Below, one piece after another: positions 20,324 to 30,795 of a DNA stretch of 64,000 nt (within the stretch, counting starts at the first letter, position 1; every line of letters begins with the position of its first letter). The notes beneath the pieces were generated by a model. It ran no database searches. It saw only the letters and a list, made by a program, of their open reading frames with translations, and was not told where the DNA came from. The translations under genes and the position numbers were made by a program. The stretch is from an uncultured candidatus Porisulfidus sp. (GTDB lineage: Bacteria; Pseudomonadota; Gammaproteobacteria; Poriferisulfidales; Oxydemutatoraceae). The DNA lies in assembly GCA_965215125.1 (NCBI GenBank), contig OZ244052.1, positions 1,120,001-1,184,000 on the forward strand, in the 5' to 3' direction.

Positions 20324-21064
20324 TTAATTATGTAAAGTACGACCACCGTCTACAATAATGGTTTGACCGGTGATGTAGTTCGCATCTCGCACCAAAAACA
20401 GCACGGCCGAGGCAATATCTTCGGGAAGTCCGGCTCGTTTGAGCATCGTGCGGTCTAGAACCTCTTGTTTTCTTTTATCGTTGTAATCGTTTTCGGGCCA
20501 AAGAATTGCACCCGGATAAACCGCATTGCATCGCACTCGGGGAGCCAGTTCTTTAGCCAGAGATTGGGTAATCATTGCCAATCCGGCCTTGCTTGCCGAG
20601 TAAACGGTGTGTTTTTTGAGCGGGCGGATTGCGTGTATATCGCCTATGTTGACAATGCATCCGCGCTGTTTGCTCAAGGCATCGGCAAGCGCACAACTTA
20701 AAAATAGCGGTGCTCTCATATTGATGTTGATTAGTTGTTGCCAATGCGCTTTGTCTAAGTTCCGAAGTTCCGTAGCATAAAAAGCCGAGGCGTTATTGAT
20801 CAGCACATCCAAGTATCCCCAACGACTTTGTGCCGATTGTGCGAGTTCTTCTATCGCTTGTAGTTCGGATAAGTCGGCAGCAAAGGAACAAGCCGAGTCG
20901 GGGTGTTGCGCATTTAGGTTGTTGACGATTTTTAGCGCGTCGGCTGCAGAGTGATGATAATGCAAGATCACCCGCATGCCGGCACGGTGTAGTGTTTTTG
21001 TAATCTGTGCGCCGATGCGCTTGGCGGCACCGGTGATTAGTACGACGGGTTGTTCATTTTTCAC
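20324..21064 (-). CDS. folM: Pteridine reductase (SDR family)
   Basis: ITGAAKRIG, LINNASAF, YSASK; next to folBK. Confidence 0.88.
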   Translation of the reverse strand: MKNEQPVVLITGAAKRIGAQITKTLHRAGMRVILHYHHSAADALKIVNNLNAQHPDSACSFAADLSELQAIEELAQSAQSRWGYLDVLINNASAFYATELRNLDKAHWQQLININMRAPLFLSCALADALSKQRGCIVNIGDIHAIRPLKKHTVYSASKAGLAMITQSLAKELAPRVRCNAVYPGAILWPENDYNDKRKQEVLDRTMLKRAGLPEDIASAVLFLVRDANYITGQTIIVDGGRTLHN

Positions 21065-21119
21065 TAAATTATGACTCCTGCTATGATAAGTGTTCCGATA
21101 TAGTATATAGAAGTTGGCA

Positions 21120-21914
21120 ATGGATCTTTTTCAAGCAAGTATTCTCGCGCTGGTACAGGGAATTACCGAGTTCCTGCCGATTTCAAGTTCCGCACATCTT
21201 ATATTGGCATCGCATGTTTTCGGTTGGGGTGAAGGCTTTCTGGCATTTGATATTGCGGTACATAGTGGCACGTTGGCAGCGGTAGTCTTCCATTTTCGCA
21301 AAGAACTTATCAATATGATATTGAACCGTCCATCGGAGTTAACACTTTCGGTTGATCGAAATATCGGGTTGTTATTAATCGTTGCGTCCTTGCCGGTTTT
21401 TATCGTCGGTGCATTATTAAAGGATATAGTAGCATCCGAGTTGCGTAGCACCGAAGTGATTGCTGCGGCAACGATTATCTTTGCGTTTGTGTTGTGGTTT
21501 GCGGATTTACGAAGAAACACGACAGCGGTGCAGACGATAAATCTTAAGCAGGCGTTTATCATTGGTTTAGCCCAAACGCTTGCCTTAGTTCCCGGCACAT
21601 CCAGGGCCGGCATCACCATCGCCGCAGCATTATTGCTCGGTTTGTCCCGTCGGCAATCGTTGATTTTTTCCTTTTTATTGGCGATACCGGTAATCGGTGC
21701 TGCCAGCGCATTGAACATCTGGGAAATACTGAACGGTTCGGGGATAAATGCGGCGTTGTGGTACCCGATGGTTTTGGGGTTTGTTATTTCCGCGGTATTT
21801 GCATTGCTGACGATAAAATTGTTCATCCACTTTGTCGAAAAAATAGGGTTGCTGCCTTTCGTGATTTATCGTATTTTACTCGGTATGATATTGTTTTTAT
21901 TTATAACGAATTGA
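21120..21914 (+). CDS. uppP: Undecaprenyl-diphosphate phosphatase
   Basis: QGITEFLPISSSAHL, PGTSRAG. Confidence 0.95.
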   Translation: MDLFQASILALVQGITEFLPISSSAHLILASHVFGWGEGFLAFDIAVHSGTLAAVVFHFRKELINMILNRPSELTLSVDRNIGLLLIVASLPVFIVGALLKDIVASELRSTEVIAAATIIFAFVLWFADLRRNTTAVQTINLKQAFIIGLAQTLALVPGTSRAGITIAAALLLGLSRRQSLIFSFLLAIPVIGAASALNIWEILNGSGINAALWYPMVLGFVISAVFALLTIKLFIHFVEKIGLLPFVIYRILLGMILFLFITN

Positions 21915-23040
21915 GTGCTTCAAGTTGTTGTTCGCGCACTCGTGCTTTTGCCTGCTCACCCGGTAAATCCTGAAGACTTGAATCAAACTTAACTGTGGCA
22001 AGCACATCTATAGCGTGGGTAATGTGATTTATTTGAGGGTCTATATAGATGCCTTCGTAGTTGGATAGCGAATATGCCGTCAACAAGTTCTGAAATTGCT
22101 CAAGGTCTCTGAGTGCGCCCACTTGTGTTAGAAAATCCAATAATTTTTCATTTGATAAATCGGTTGCAGATTTTAACGATGCGTCAAACTGTTCCGCCAA
22201 GCGAATCATTTTTCTGCAACGGCTCGGTAATTTCCATCGCTCGTTCAAAGCGTTGATAGAAACACCGTTGCGATGCGCGTAAAAAGACAATACCGCCAAT
22301 AAAATGTCAGGTGTATGTTTCGATACTCGATCTATTGCATTGAACAAAGAAGTATCCATAGAGATATCGTTTCTGCCGTTAATATTGGCGAGGTGGTGAA
22401 ATAAGTTGTCTAATTCCGGTGCGATGCGAGCCAGCGCGCCGACGTCGAACAACGTTTTTAGGTAAATAGACGGCCGACCGGTTGCAAAAGCCTTAGCTGT
22501 CTCTTGCCAGACACGCTCTGCAACCAAATAATCGACCTCTCCGTTGTCAACCATTTGTTGCATAAAATTTAGCGTTTCGGGTGCGACGCTAAACCCCAGC
22601 GGTTGAAAACGTGCGGCAAAACGCGCCGCGCGCAATATCCTGACCGGGTCTTCCACGAAAGCATTCGAGACATGTTTGATTAAGCGCGCCTTTATATCTT
22701 GCTGTCCGCCCCACGGGTCTATCAATGTGCCGTTTGGATCTTGTGCAATTGCGTTAATAGTTAGATCGCGACGCTTAAGATCATCTTCTATGGTGATATT
22801 CGGTGAGGTGTCGAATTTAAAGCCGTGATAACCATGACTGGTTTTGCGTTCGATACGAGCCAAAGCATATTCTTCGTTTGTTTTGGGGTGTATGAAGACC
22901 GGGAAACTTTTTCCGACTTGCTTGAAGCCTCGTTTTAGCATCTCTTGGGGTGTGGCACCGACAACAACCCAGTCTTTTTCCGACACCTTCTGGTTTAATA
23001 AAGTATCACGCACCGCACCGCCGACTAAATAAATTTTCAT
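21901..23040 (-). CDS. cca: tRNA nucleotidyltransferase (CCA-adding), no recognisable HD domain
   Basis: YLVGGAVRD, EYALAR, RRDLTINA, EDPVRILR; start taken at MKIYLVGG. Confidence 0.92.
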   Translation of the reverse strand: MKIYLVGGAVRDTLLNQKVSEKDWVVVGATPQEMLKRGFKQVGKSFPVFIHPKTNEEYALARIERKTSHGYHGFKFDTSPNITIEDDLKRRDLTINAIAQDPNGTLIDPWGGQQDIKARLIKHVSNAFVEDPVRILRAARFAARFQPLGFSVAPETLNFMQQMVDNGEVDYLVAERVWQETAKAFATGRPSIYLKTLFDVGALARIAPELDNLFHHLANINGRNDISMDTSLFNAIDRVSKHTPDILLAVLSFYAHRNGVSINALNERWKLPSRCRKMIRLAEQFDASLKSATDLSNEKLLDFLTQVGALRDLEQFQNLLTAYSLSNYEGIYIDPQINHITHAIDVLATVKFDSSLQDLPGEQAKARVREQQLEALNSL

Positions 23041-23115
23041 TTTATATAGCATAGCATGTGGGGTTGTGTTCCCCATTAATTTATGAAAACTATAATTGGG
23101 GGGTGCAGGAAATAT

Positions 23116-24387
23116 TTAAGAGATATTGTGCCTTTTTAGATAGTCGGAAATCGCCTGCATTACAAAGTCTTTAACTTGCGGACGGTTTATAAAACCTGTA
23201 GACTTTTCGATGAATTCTTGGGTGCGAATCCGTACCGAGTCGCTCATTCCTTGCGGTGCCTTACCTTTGGTTTTAAGATACTTTGCGTTATGCCACATCT
23301 CAATCACTTCGTTTGTTATTCTTTTTGCTATAGATTGATTATGCATTCTTCTCAGTTGCCCTAAAGAACTGATTTCCCCCGTGCGTACTTGTTCCTTTAT
23401 CTCGAAAGATAATTCTATATTTTCACTATCGGCTTGATAGAAAAGTTGCCTGGCGGATTTACTCATCGGTTTTTTCGTCGGCGCAGTATTTTGTTCACCC
23501 GGTGTTTTTATAAATGCATCGGCATATTCGGCGATTGCTTGATGTGCAATAGAAGAGGCTTCGCCTTCGGTTATTCCTTGTTCCGACGAGAAGTGTGCTT
23601 TTATAATCGCTTCTTGAATATTTGAAGTCAGCCTGTTTCTTTCTGCTAAGTTCTGATTATAAACCTTAACAAGTTTATGATATTTAGGGTCGGATAACTT
23701 TGCCAAAACCTGCGTGTAGCAATGCTCGGGGTTGAAATATTTGGATGCCGACAATAAGTTCTTTACTCGCTCACCGATATGGTTTTCAATAAACTTTCCG
23801 GCGATTGCCGATGCGGTTGTTTTCGAGACTACTCCGCCTTTCCGATAAGCCTCTTCTATAATGGCTTCTTGAATACGAGAGTTTAGTTTTTCAATTTCGG
23901 TTTTCCCGAATGTATAATCTACTTTTTGGGATGCATCATTTATTGCCAAAGAAGGATATTTAGACATTTTTTTAACCAATAATTCGTTGCATTGCTCCGG
24001 CGACAAATAGGCTTGTGTATCGGCTAAAGTACCTTTGGCAATATCTAGATTTTTTAATACTTGCCGCACTTGGCGTGCCGACAGAGGCTTGTTTTGTCTA
24101 CCCAGTTCATAAAGCCGGCTAATATCATCCGTCCCGGCTTCGTAATTCCCGTTGTATTTCCTAAGGACTTCATTGTGGGCGTGTTTAACCTCGGCGATGA
24201 AGGACTCGGTAGCCATCCTATACTCTTGATGGACTTTATTTGGGTTGTATTTGGATTTTATCCAAGTGACAAAGCGCGATATAAAAGAACCACCGCGTAC
24301 ATCCAGTTGGTTCGTGGTTTGATTGAAAAAAATGTTGCCATCTCTATGGGCAACTCTTTGAAAGTCATTTCTGCTTAATTCCGGCAT
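23116..24387 (-). CDS. Hypothetical protein, candidate type III effector
   Basis: Last gene of the T3SS run, shares the RBS region AGGAGGGGAAAT with the sopB-like gene; helical, no recognised domain. Confidence 0.55.
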   Translation of the reverse strand: MPELSRNDFQRVAHRDGNIFFNQTTNQLDVRGGSFISRFVTWIKSKYNPNKVHQEYRMATESFIAEVKHAHNEVLRKYNGNYEAGTDDISRLYELGRQNKPLSARQVRQVLKNLDIAKGTLADTQAYLSPEQCNELLVKKMSKYPSLAINDASQKVDYTFGKTEIEKLNSRIQEAIIEEAYRKGGVVSKTTASAIAGKFIENHIGERVKNLLSASKYFNPEHCYTQVLAKLSDPKYHKLVKVYNQNLAERNRLTSNIQEAIIKAHFSSEQGITEGEASSIAHQAIAEYADAFIKTPGEQNTAPTKKPMSKSARQLFYQADSENIELSFEIKEQVRTGEISSLGQLRRMHNQSIAKRITNEVIEMWHNAKYLKTKGKAPQGMSDSVRIRTQEFIEKSTGFINRPQVKDFVMQAISDYLKRHNIS

Positions 24388-24441
24388 ATTTCCCCTCCTG
24401 TGAATTTTTAGAAAAAGTTTAGATCATTAGTTTTGTTGAAA

Positions 24442-27030
24442 TTAGGTTTTAACGAACTTGGAGCCGCCTTGATATACGTCCATCAAATCGGCTTTGATCC
24501 CTTTGGCAAGCCCCGGAACCCCCTTCAGTTTATATCCTTTTAGACCGACCGTCATCTGCTGCATTTCATGGTTTCCGGTATTCAGTGCGAAATTGGTTCG
24601 CTCACGTCTGGATTCCCGAGTGTATTCCGCATCGGGTTCGGGGATGTTCCCGGTTGTGTATCCCACTGCGGCAAGGTATTTCGCTTCGGCATCCAACTGC
24701 CCGGTGCGATCTTTACCACTTTTGCAATTATAAAGCGTGGTTTCTCCCATCAGATGGCTCACTAAAGCTAAGCGAGAAACCATTTTATAGGGTTCTTTGC
24801 CGCCGCGCTTAAAAGACTGACTACGCCATATCGCCTTTGCTTGTGTTGCCGCCTGCTTTAGCAATGCCGCCCGCCTTTGCGTCGGTGCATCGTTGCTGAC
24901 AGCCATCTGTGCAACTTTTTCGGCTACGGCACCTCCCAAGTTTCGATTTTCGGGATCACCGAGCATGTCGCGTAGTTCCGGATTATTCATACCGGCAGCA
25001 AATCCCCAACCCATCGCTTTACCCCACAAAGGTGTGTTCGGACCTAGCACCCCCTGGCTTGTCGCAACCGCACCTTTGTTAACACCAAAATTCAAGGTGC
25101 GTACCTTGGGCAGAACCTTGATCGATCTGGGGGTTCCTTCGTTATCTCGCACCGTAAGAGTCATCGGCTCCCCCGATGCGGCTAAGGCTTTCAGGCTTTC
25201 GGTTTGACGCACCAACATCGCTTTTTCATCGCTTCCACTACCAGCCTTAAAGCGCGCACGCAATGCATCGGGTGTCACCAGAGAGATTGAGTTTAACGAC
25301 ACACCGACAGTTTCCCCACTGAGCGCAGTTTGCATCTTTTGAGGATCCGAGACGACTGCGGCGGTTAATAATTCTTTTGCCATCATTTTGCTCGACTCGG
25401 CACGAAGTTTGGCGGCAATATCGCGGATTTCGGTGTTGCCTTCTTTAATTTGTCGGGCAATTGTTGCTGCATAAGTATCGGCATCGGTTCCGCTCGGCAT
25501 TTCGACAGCCCCGGTTTCCAGCAACAATTCTTTGACCAGTGTGCCAAGTTTTTCGGGAGGCAAATTCTTAAGATTTTTGTTGTTGATCATATACGGGTCT
25601 AAAACACCGTGCCGTATTCCCGAGAATAAAACCTCGTTGTTTTCTGTAGTCATTTTAGAGTGTGCCATGTTGGGTACATGTTTGCACTGCATACGATCCA
25701 TAGAACTAATGCCGTTGCTCGGATAATCCGTAGCGAAATTTTTTGCCAGATGTCCGGCCGGCGTAATCGTGCTTGTTGCGGTATGTTTTCCTGCCGCCAT
25801 CCTGAAAGCAAACTCTTTTTTGACCACCGGCCACTCTTGCTCGTTGATTTCTCCGATGATTCCTTGCCTTAATAAAAAGCTGACCGGAGGCGTATCCGAT
25901 TCGGCAACACCGGCGGCTTTAAGTTGATTCTTGACAAACAATTCAACGAGCATTGCTTGAGAGATTTTAGGGTGCGACAACGGGATAAGATCTTGCTTTC
26001 TGGCCACCGCCGGGTCAACATGAGATGCATTCCACCGTGCGATGAGTGGAGCCAAAGTACTGGAACCATACTTTTTCTCGTCTTTGACTAAGGTGAAGTC
26101 TTCGGTCAATATCTCCTCCAACGAGAGGTCGCTGGTCGCCGCATCGTATTCTCCTTTTTCAAGTTTTGCATGTTTTTCAAGTCTTTGGCAATGTGCTTCA
26201 AGTGTCTGTATGATTTTATTTTGAGATCTCGTGTTCATCGGCATCTCTTTTATTGCGCGCAGACACCCTTTGACCTGTAAAAGACTATATCCGATGCGCT
26301 CTCCTTTGCTCAGCGGCTCTTGTTCCGGCAAGATCTCCGAGAACAATGCCATCAGGTCTGCTAAATCAAAATGTCGTTCGGCAAAACGTATACTAAAGGC
26401 ATCTACTATAGCTCTACCTTCCGGTGCCAAGTCTTTTCCTTCTAAGTCCATCAAGTGTGCTTGTACAACCGATAAATTCCGCTTATGTGTTCTAAGCAGT
26501 GCATTGAGTTCGTGGATTTCTTTGGGCGAGGCTTTATTTCTGTTTAGCTTGTCGCCCAAATCGGCTATGCGTACCATTTGTTTATCCAACACATTGTTAT
26601 ATTTGCTGAGTGTAGAAAACAACTGTTCCTGTTCACCGGAGATATTGCTACTCTCGCAGTTGTATTCAATATAGTAATCAAGCATAGAGGTAGATTTAGG
26701 CTTTGCCAACATTTCGGCCATTTCTTTAATGTTTTTGTTGGATTGCAACGAAGTGTTAGGATTGCGGGTCAGTAGGCTCGGATCGGTCAAGTTGTGTTGC
26801 GTTCCCCCGGAAATTCTTCGTTGTTGAATGTGATAGGTACGGATAGGCCGCGGTTCCGGCATTTCTTGATCTGCGTTTAGGCCGATGTACGGAACATCAA
26901 CAAAGCGATCGGACCCCCTCGTGATGGATACACGTCGGTTGCCGAATGCCCCGGTAGCATTAGCTGTAGTTGAGGGTTGGGGTTGATTGACTTCGGCGGT
27001 AGGTGCCGAAGCTTTTGTACTAATAGGCAT
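24442..27030 (-). CDS. SopB/IpgD-family phosphoinositide phosphatase, type III effector
   Basis: NCKSGKDRTG (CX5R), FSGIRHG, NFGVN, EPYKM; S/T/P-rich N-terminus. Confidence 0.88.
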   Translation of the reverse strand: MPISTKASAPTAEVNQPQPSTTANATGAFGNRRVSITRGSDRFVDVPYIGLNADQEMPEPRPIRTYHIQQRRISGGTQHNLTDPSLLTRNPNTSLQSNKNIKEMAEMLAKPKSTSMLDYYIEYNCESSNISGEQEQLFSTLSKYNNVLDKQMVRIADLGDKLNRNKASPKEIHELNALLRTHKRNLSVVQAHLMDLEGKDLAPEGRAIVDAFSIRFAERHFDLADLMALFSEILPEQEPLSKGERIGYSLLQVKGCLRAIKEMPMNTRSQNKIIQTLEAHCQRLEKHAKLEKGEYDAATSDLSLEEILTEDFTLVKDEKKYGSSTLAPLIARWNASHVDPAVARKQDLIPLSHPKISQAMLVELFVKNQLKAAGVAESDTPPVSFLLRQGIIGEINEQEWPVVKKEFAFRMAAGKHTATSTITPAGHLAKNFATDYPSNGISSMDRMQCKHVPNMAHSKMTTENNEVLFSGIRHGVLDPYMINNKNLKNLPPEKLGTLVKELLLETGAVEMPSGTDADTYAATIARQIKEGNTEIRDIAAKLRAESSKMMAKELLTAAVVSDPQKMQTALSGETVGVSLNSISLVTPDALRARFKAGSGSDEKAMLVRQTESLKALAASGEPMTLTVRDNEGTPRSIKVLPKVRTLNFGVNKGAVATSQGVLGPNTPLWGKAMGWGFAAGMNNPELRDMLGDPENRNLGGAVAEKVAQMAVSNDAPTQRRAALLKQAATQAKAIWRSQSFKRGGKEPYKMVSRLALVSHLMGETTLYNCKSGKDRTGQLDAEAKYLAAVGYTTGNIPEPDAEYTRESRRERTNFALNTGNHEMQQMTVGLKGYKLKGVPGLAKGIKADLMDVYQGGSKFVKT

Positions 27031-27111
27031 GATTTCCCCTCCTTTATTTGATAGATGTTATTTTAATACAACACGGATAGAATTACAATTTTCCATAAGG
27101 CAATAGACATC

Positions 27112-29241
27112 TTATAGACTGATACGGCTCAACGGTTGTACGGTGATTTCTTGGGTTAATTCCTGGTAAGATAATACCGCAAGTTCGTAGAGTTCTACTT
27201 CCAGCATTTTGCGTACATAACGACGTATATCCATTGCCGTTACCAGCACCGGTTTGTTGGCGCGTTTGGCAATATCTACGCCGACGGTTTGTTTGACTTT
27301 TTCGACAAAGTTACGAGTGATGGTCGGGTCTAGTGCCAGATAGTTGCCTGCCGAAGTTTGTCTGATGCCTTTACGTATGGTTTCTTCTAAATCTTGATCT
27401 AGTAAATAGGCGGGCAAAGTATTCTGCCCGCTACTGAACTTATAACTCACATAGCGTTTTAGACTGCTACGCACATACTCGGTTAACAAAACCGTGTCTT
27501 TTTCTTTTTGTCCCCATTCAACCAAAGCCTCCAGTATCAAGCGCATATTACGGATTGAAATGTCTTCACCGACCAGGCGTTGTAAGACTTCGGCGATGGT
27601 ATGTATGGGTAGAATTCTCTGTACTTCCTTGGTCAATTCGGAGAAGTTGATTTCCATTTGTTGCAATAGATAACGCGCCTCCTGTATGCCGATAAAATCT
27701 TCGGAATATCGTTTTAATACATACGAGAGATGGAAAGTCAGTATTTTCGGCAACTCCATATAAGAAAGACTGGCTTTATCCAGTTGTGTCTTATGTTGCA
27801 TATCTATCCATAGCGTTTCTTGTCCCGGCAGAAAGGCTTGACCCGGCTCAAAAGGAATATTCAATATCTCCATTTGTTCTTTACTGTCGCTGTAAAGCAC
27901 ATAGCCGTATCTCAAATTGCCGTGGGCGACGGGCACCTCTTGCATTAAGATGGAGTAATCTCCGGAATTGGCAATATTGGCATTGAAACGCAGATAAATG
28001 CCGGGAAACGGAACCCCTAAATCCAGATACAGTGCCCGCCGAACCTTAAACAATTCGTCGTTGAGTTTTTTGGTGTCCAAGTGTTCTTGTACACCGGCTT
28101 CTATATCGATTAATAAAGGTACACTCAAAGTAAACTCCTCCTGTTCGCTTAGTTTGCCGGTGGGGGGACTGCCGTCTTCGCCGGACGGTGCATTGAAGGG
28201 GAGAGATGCCGATAAAGAATCCTCTTGTTTTTCGGCTTCCCGGCGTTTAATACTATACAACAAAAACAAACCACCGCCGCCGGTTACGATGGAGAGTAAG
28301 ACAAAGACCGGCGTGGGGAATCCGGGGATTAAGCCGAATACGAGCATCAAGCCCGATGCCACCAATAGGGCGCGCGGCTGCGCACCTATCTGGCCGCTGA
28401 TGTCGGCGGCTAAATCGGCACTCGTTGTGGAATCGGCAGGATTGTCGGTCGTCACCCGGGTGACGATAATGCCGGCGGTAAGCGCAATTAACAAAGCAGG
28501 TATTTGGGTAATCAAGCCGTCGCCTATGGTTAGGATAGAATAGACATGCATTGCTTCGCCAACATCCATGCCGCGTTGCATAACGCCGATCGTCAATCCG
28601 CCTATCAAATTAACGACTATGATAATCAGACCGGCGATGGCATCGCCTTTTACGAACTTCATTGCACCGTCCATAGAACCGTATAGTTGACTTTCTTTCT
28701 CGACCAGGGATCGGCGATGGCGCGCCTGTTCTACATCGATGACACCGGCGCGCATGTCACCGTCGATGCTCATTTGTTTACCGGGCATTGCATCCAGCGA
28801 GAACCTTGCGCTCACTTCGGCAACCCTTTCGGCTCCTTTGGTAATCACCATAAACTGAACGATGGTGATAATCAGAAATATCACCATACCGACTATCAGG
28901 TTTCCGGCGACCACGAAATTGCCGAAAGTAAATATGATCTGTCCGGCATCGGCTTGTAGCAGAATCAAGCGCGTCGTCGATATAGAAAGTGCGAGCCTAA
29001 AAAGTGTGGTTAGGAGTAGCACCGAAGGAAATGCCGAAAACTCCAGTGGCGATGCGATATAAATAGCCAGCATCAGCAGGATGACCGACATGCTCATGTT
29101 GGTGCCTATCAAAATATCTATTAACGTAGTCGGTAGCGGTAGTACCATCATAAAGATGATAAACACCAGCATCAAAGCCAGCAAGACATCGTTGCGTGAA
29201 GTGATTTTGATCAGTACCTTTTGAAAACCTTCCTTATCCAT
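27112..29241 (-). CDS. sctV: T3SS export gate SctV (LcrD/YscV)
   Basis: [60 protein letters not shown]; injectisome gene context. Confidence 0.95.
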   Translation of the reverse strand: MDKEGFQKVLIKITSRNDVLLALMLVFIIFMMVLPLPTTLIDILIGTNMSMSVILLMLAIYIASPLEFSAFPSVLLLTTLFRLALSISTTRLILLQADAGQIIFTFGNFVVAGNLIVGMVIFLIITIVQFMVITKGAERVAEVSARFSLDAMPGKQMSIDGDMRAGVIDVEQARHRRSLVEKESQLYGSMDGAMKFVKGDAIAGLIIIVVNLIGGLTIGVMQRGMDVGEAMHVYSILTIGDGLITQIPALLIALTAGIIVTRVTTDNPADSTTSADLAADISGQIGAQPRALLVASGLMLVFGLIPGFPTPVFVLLSIVTGGGGLFLLYSIKRREAEKQEDSLSASLPFNAPSGEDGSPPTGKLSEQEEFTLSVPLLIDIEAGVQEHLDTKKLNDELFKVRRALYLDLGVPFPGIYLRFNANIANSGDYSILMQEVPVAHGNLRYGYVLYSDSKEQMEILNIPFEPGQAFLPGQETLWIDMQHKTQLDKASLSYMELPKILTFHLSYVLKRYSEDFIGIQEARYLLQQMEINFSELTKEVQRILPIHTIAEVLQRLVGEDISIRNMRLILEALVEWGQKEKDTVLLTEYVRSSLKRYVSYKFSSGQNTLPAYLLDQDLEETIRKGIRQTSAGNYLALDPTITRNFVEKVKQTVGVDIAKRANKPVLVTAMDIRRYVRKMLEVELYELAVLSYQELTQEITVQPLSRISL

Positions 29242-29614
29242 TTTTTGGGTTATGCGTGTCCGGCTTCAGGGCTGAGATCAGACCGATGTATTTTTGAAAT
29301 TCGTCTTTGGATTCTTCGATTTTACCGAACCCCCATAGTGCACGTGCTCGCAACAAGCTGAGGTACGCAAGTTGCTCGCGATTCGTTTGATCTAATTGTG
29401 CAAGCAGCGTTGCGGTTTCAAGAACACGTTGATAGCGGGCAGCCAGCAAATAAGCGTATACCAGCATCCGCAATGCTTGCTGATTGTCGGGTTGTAGCGC
29501 GCAGAGTAACTCTAGCAGGGTGATTGCCTGAGCTGCCATATTTTGTCCTAAATACGAATGTGCCGAACCCAGCAACCAATGCGTATAAGCCTCGTTGAGC
29601 ACTTGCTTTGCCAT
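29234..29614 (-). CDS. sctY: TPR protein, YscY/SctY-like
   Basis: Small TPR protein immediately upstream of sctV, as in Ysc operons. Confidence 0.75.
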   Translation of the reverse strand: MAKQVLNEAYTHWLLGSAHSYLGQNMAAQAITLLELLCALQPDNQQALRMLVYAYLLAARYQRVLETATLLAQLDQTNREQLAYLSLLRARALWGFGKIEESKDEFQKYIGLISALKPDTHNPKNG

Positions 29615-29632
29615 TGATCTTAGCTAAACCGC

Positions 29633-30022
29633 TTAACCTTGTACGAGTTGGTTGCGACCCATGCAAAAAGCATGATAGTCGTTGTGCATTTGTTCAAGCA
29701 GGGTTTGCGCATCTTTTATCTTCTGCGGTTCTATATCTTCGAAATCGGCGTTTTCGGTTGATATTTTTTCTCGCAGGTGGTTAAGCACCGTACTATAGGT
29801 GGTCGGTAACATGACATCTTTTTCGGGAATTTGGGGATAAATCATTTTATTTATTAGCTGCCGAGCGTAGCTGGTGTTAAAGATTTTTTCCAGATTGGAC
29901 GGTTCGTGTATGCCGAGCGGTCGAGTTGCTTTTTGGTCGGGGAAAATCGGCGGCTCGGCACTGTCCGGCACCCTCGGTTGGTGTAATACTCTCTCTATGC
30001 CGGTGTCAAGAAAAACTGCCAT
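29633..30022 (-). CDS. YscX/SctX-like protein
   Basis: LDTGIERV N-terminus and RNQLVQG C-terminus; position before sctY. Confidence 0.65.
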   Translation of the reverse strand: MAVFLDTGIERVLHQPRVPDSAEPPIFPDQKATRPLGIHEPSNLEKIFNTSYARQLINKMIYPQIPEKDVMLPTTYSTVLNHLREKISTENADFEDIEPQKIKDAQTLLEQMHNDYHAFCMGRNQLVQG

Positions 30023-30403
30023 TTATGTTTCCTCCTTTATATGTAGCTGTTTGCGCGCCTCCAGCGGATCGTCGTACACCGGGATAAAATCGGAAAATCC
30101 GGTTATATTCAGAACCCGCTTTATATTATCCGCCACCGCGCACAACAAAAAATGCCCGTTGTCGTGCTCGGATATTTCCTTGAAGGATTTCAAGAAAACA
30201 CTCAACCCGGCACTACTGACATAGCGCAACGATTCGCACGATAAGATAATATTTGAAACCCCGTCATCGATCAAGGACGACAGAGCGACATCTAAATCAC
30301 TCGCATTCGTTGAATCCAAACGACCACTCAGTTTAATCAACGCCATCGCGTTATTCTTTTCCGCTATTTGTAATTCTAGGCTGCCCGAACTTAGAAAACT
30401 CAT
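30023..30403 (-). CDS. STAS-domain anti-sigma factor antagonist (RsbV/BtrV-like)
   Basis: LSGRLDS, LRYVSSAGL phosphoserine motif, VLNITGF. Confidence 0.92.
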   Translation of the reverse strand: MSFLSSGSLELQIAEKNNAMALIKLSGRLDSTNASDLDVALSSLIDDGVSNIILSCESLRYVSSAGLSVFLKSFKEISEHDNGHFLLCAVADNIKRVLNITGFSDFIPVYDDPLEARKQLHIKEET

Positions 30404-30795
30404 CCGTCTATGTCCGTATAGAGTTTGTACATTAAATCAAATGCCCGATTAAGGTTCTCTGCCCAGGCTTGCTCTACGCGCACCATCAAGACCAAAGTAT
30501 CGTTGCCTCTTAGACCCACTTGTACGACCAACGGTAAGAATTTATCGTGGTGTGTGGCGGTCAATATTTGTTTTATCTTATCGTATAATTCGTGTGTCGG
30601 CACTTTTCTGAACAATGCCAGCACGATACCGCGTCCCTCGTTCAGCTCTTCTATATCCAAAATATAGTCCTCTTCGCCGATCGTGATATTATTGACATAC
30701 GGCGCATCGGAACTCGGCATATTAAAACTCTCAAAGCCTAGATTGCGCATAAAACCCGCTAGTGCAGTATCCCATTGTGCAGCCATCCGCATCAC
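30400..30795 (-). CDS. sycN: T3SS chaperone, SycN-like
   Basis: Small acidic protein directly after the gatekeeper; FMRNLG, LDIEE. Confidence 0.7.
   Translation of the reverse strand: MMRMAAQWDTALAGFMRNLGFESFNMPSSDAPYVNNITIGEEDYILDIEELNEGRGIVLALFRKVPTHELYDKIKQILTATHHDKFLPLVVQVGLRGNDTLVLMVRVEQAWAENLNRAFDLMYKLYTDIDG

Noticed and set aside
21131-21826. 231-aa antisense ORF over uppP and similar shadow ORFs throughout
   Set aside because: Antisense to well-supported genes with no motifs of their own
24388-24402. TTCCCCTCCTGTG match to the 79-bp repeat
   Set aside because: Adequately explained as a strong Shine-Dalgarno sequence on the minus strand; the rest of the repeat is absent
27112-29241. 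Flagellar FlhA
   Set aside because: Neighbours are SctW, SycN and SctY, with no flagellar genes
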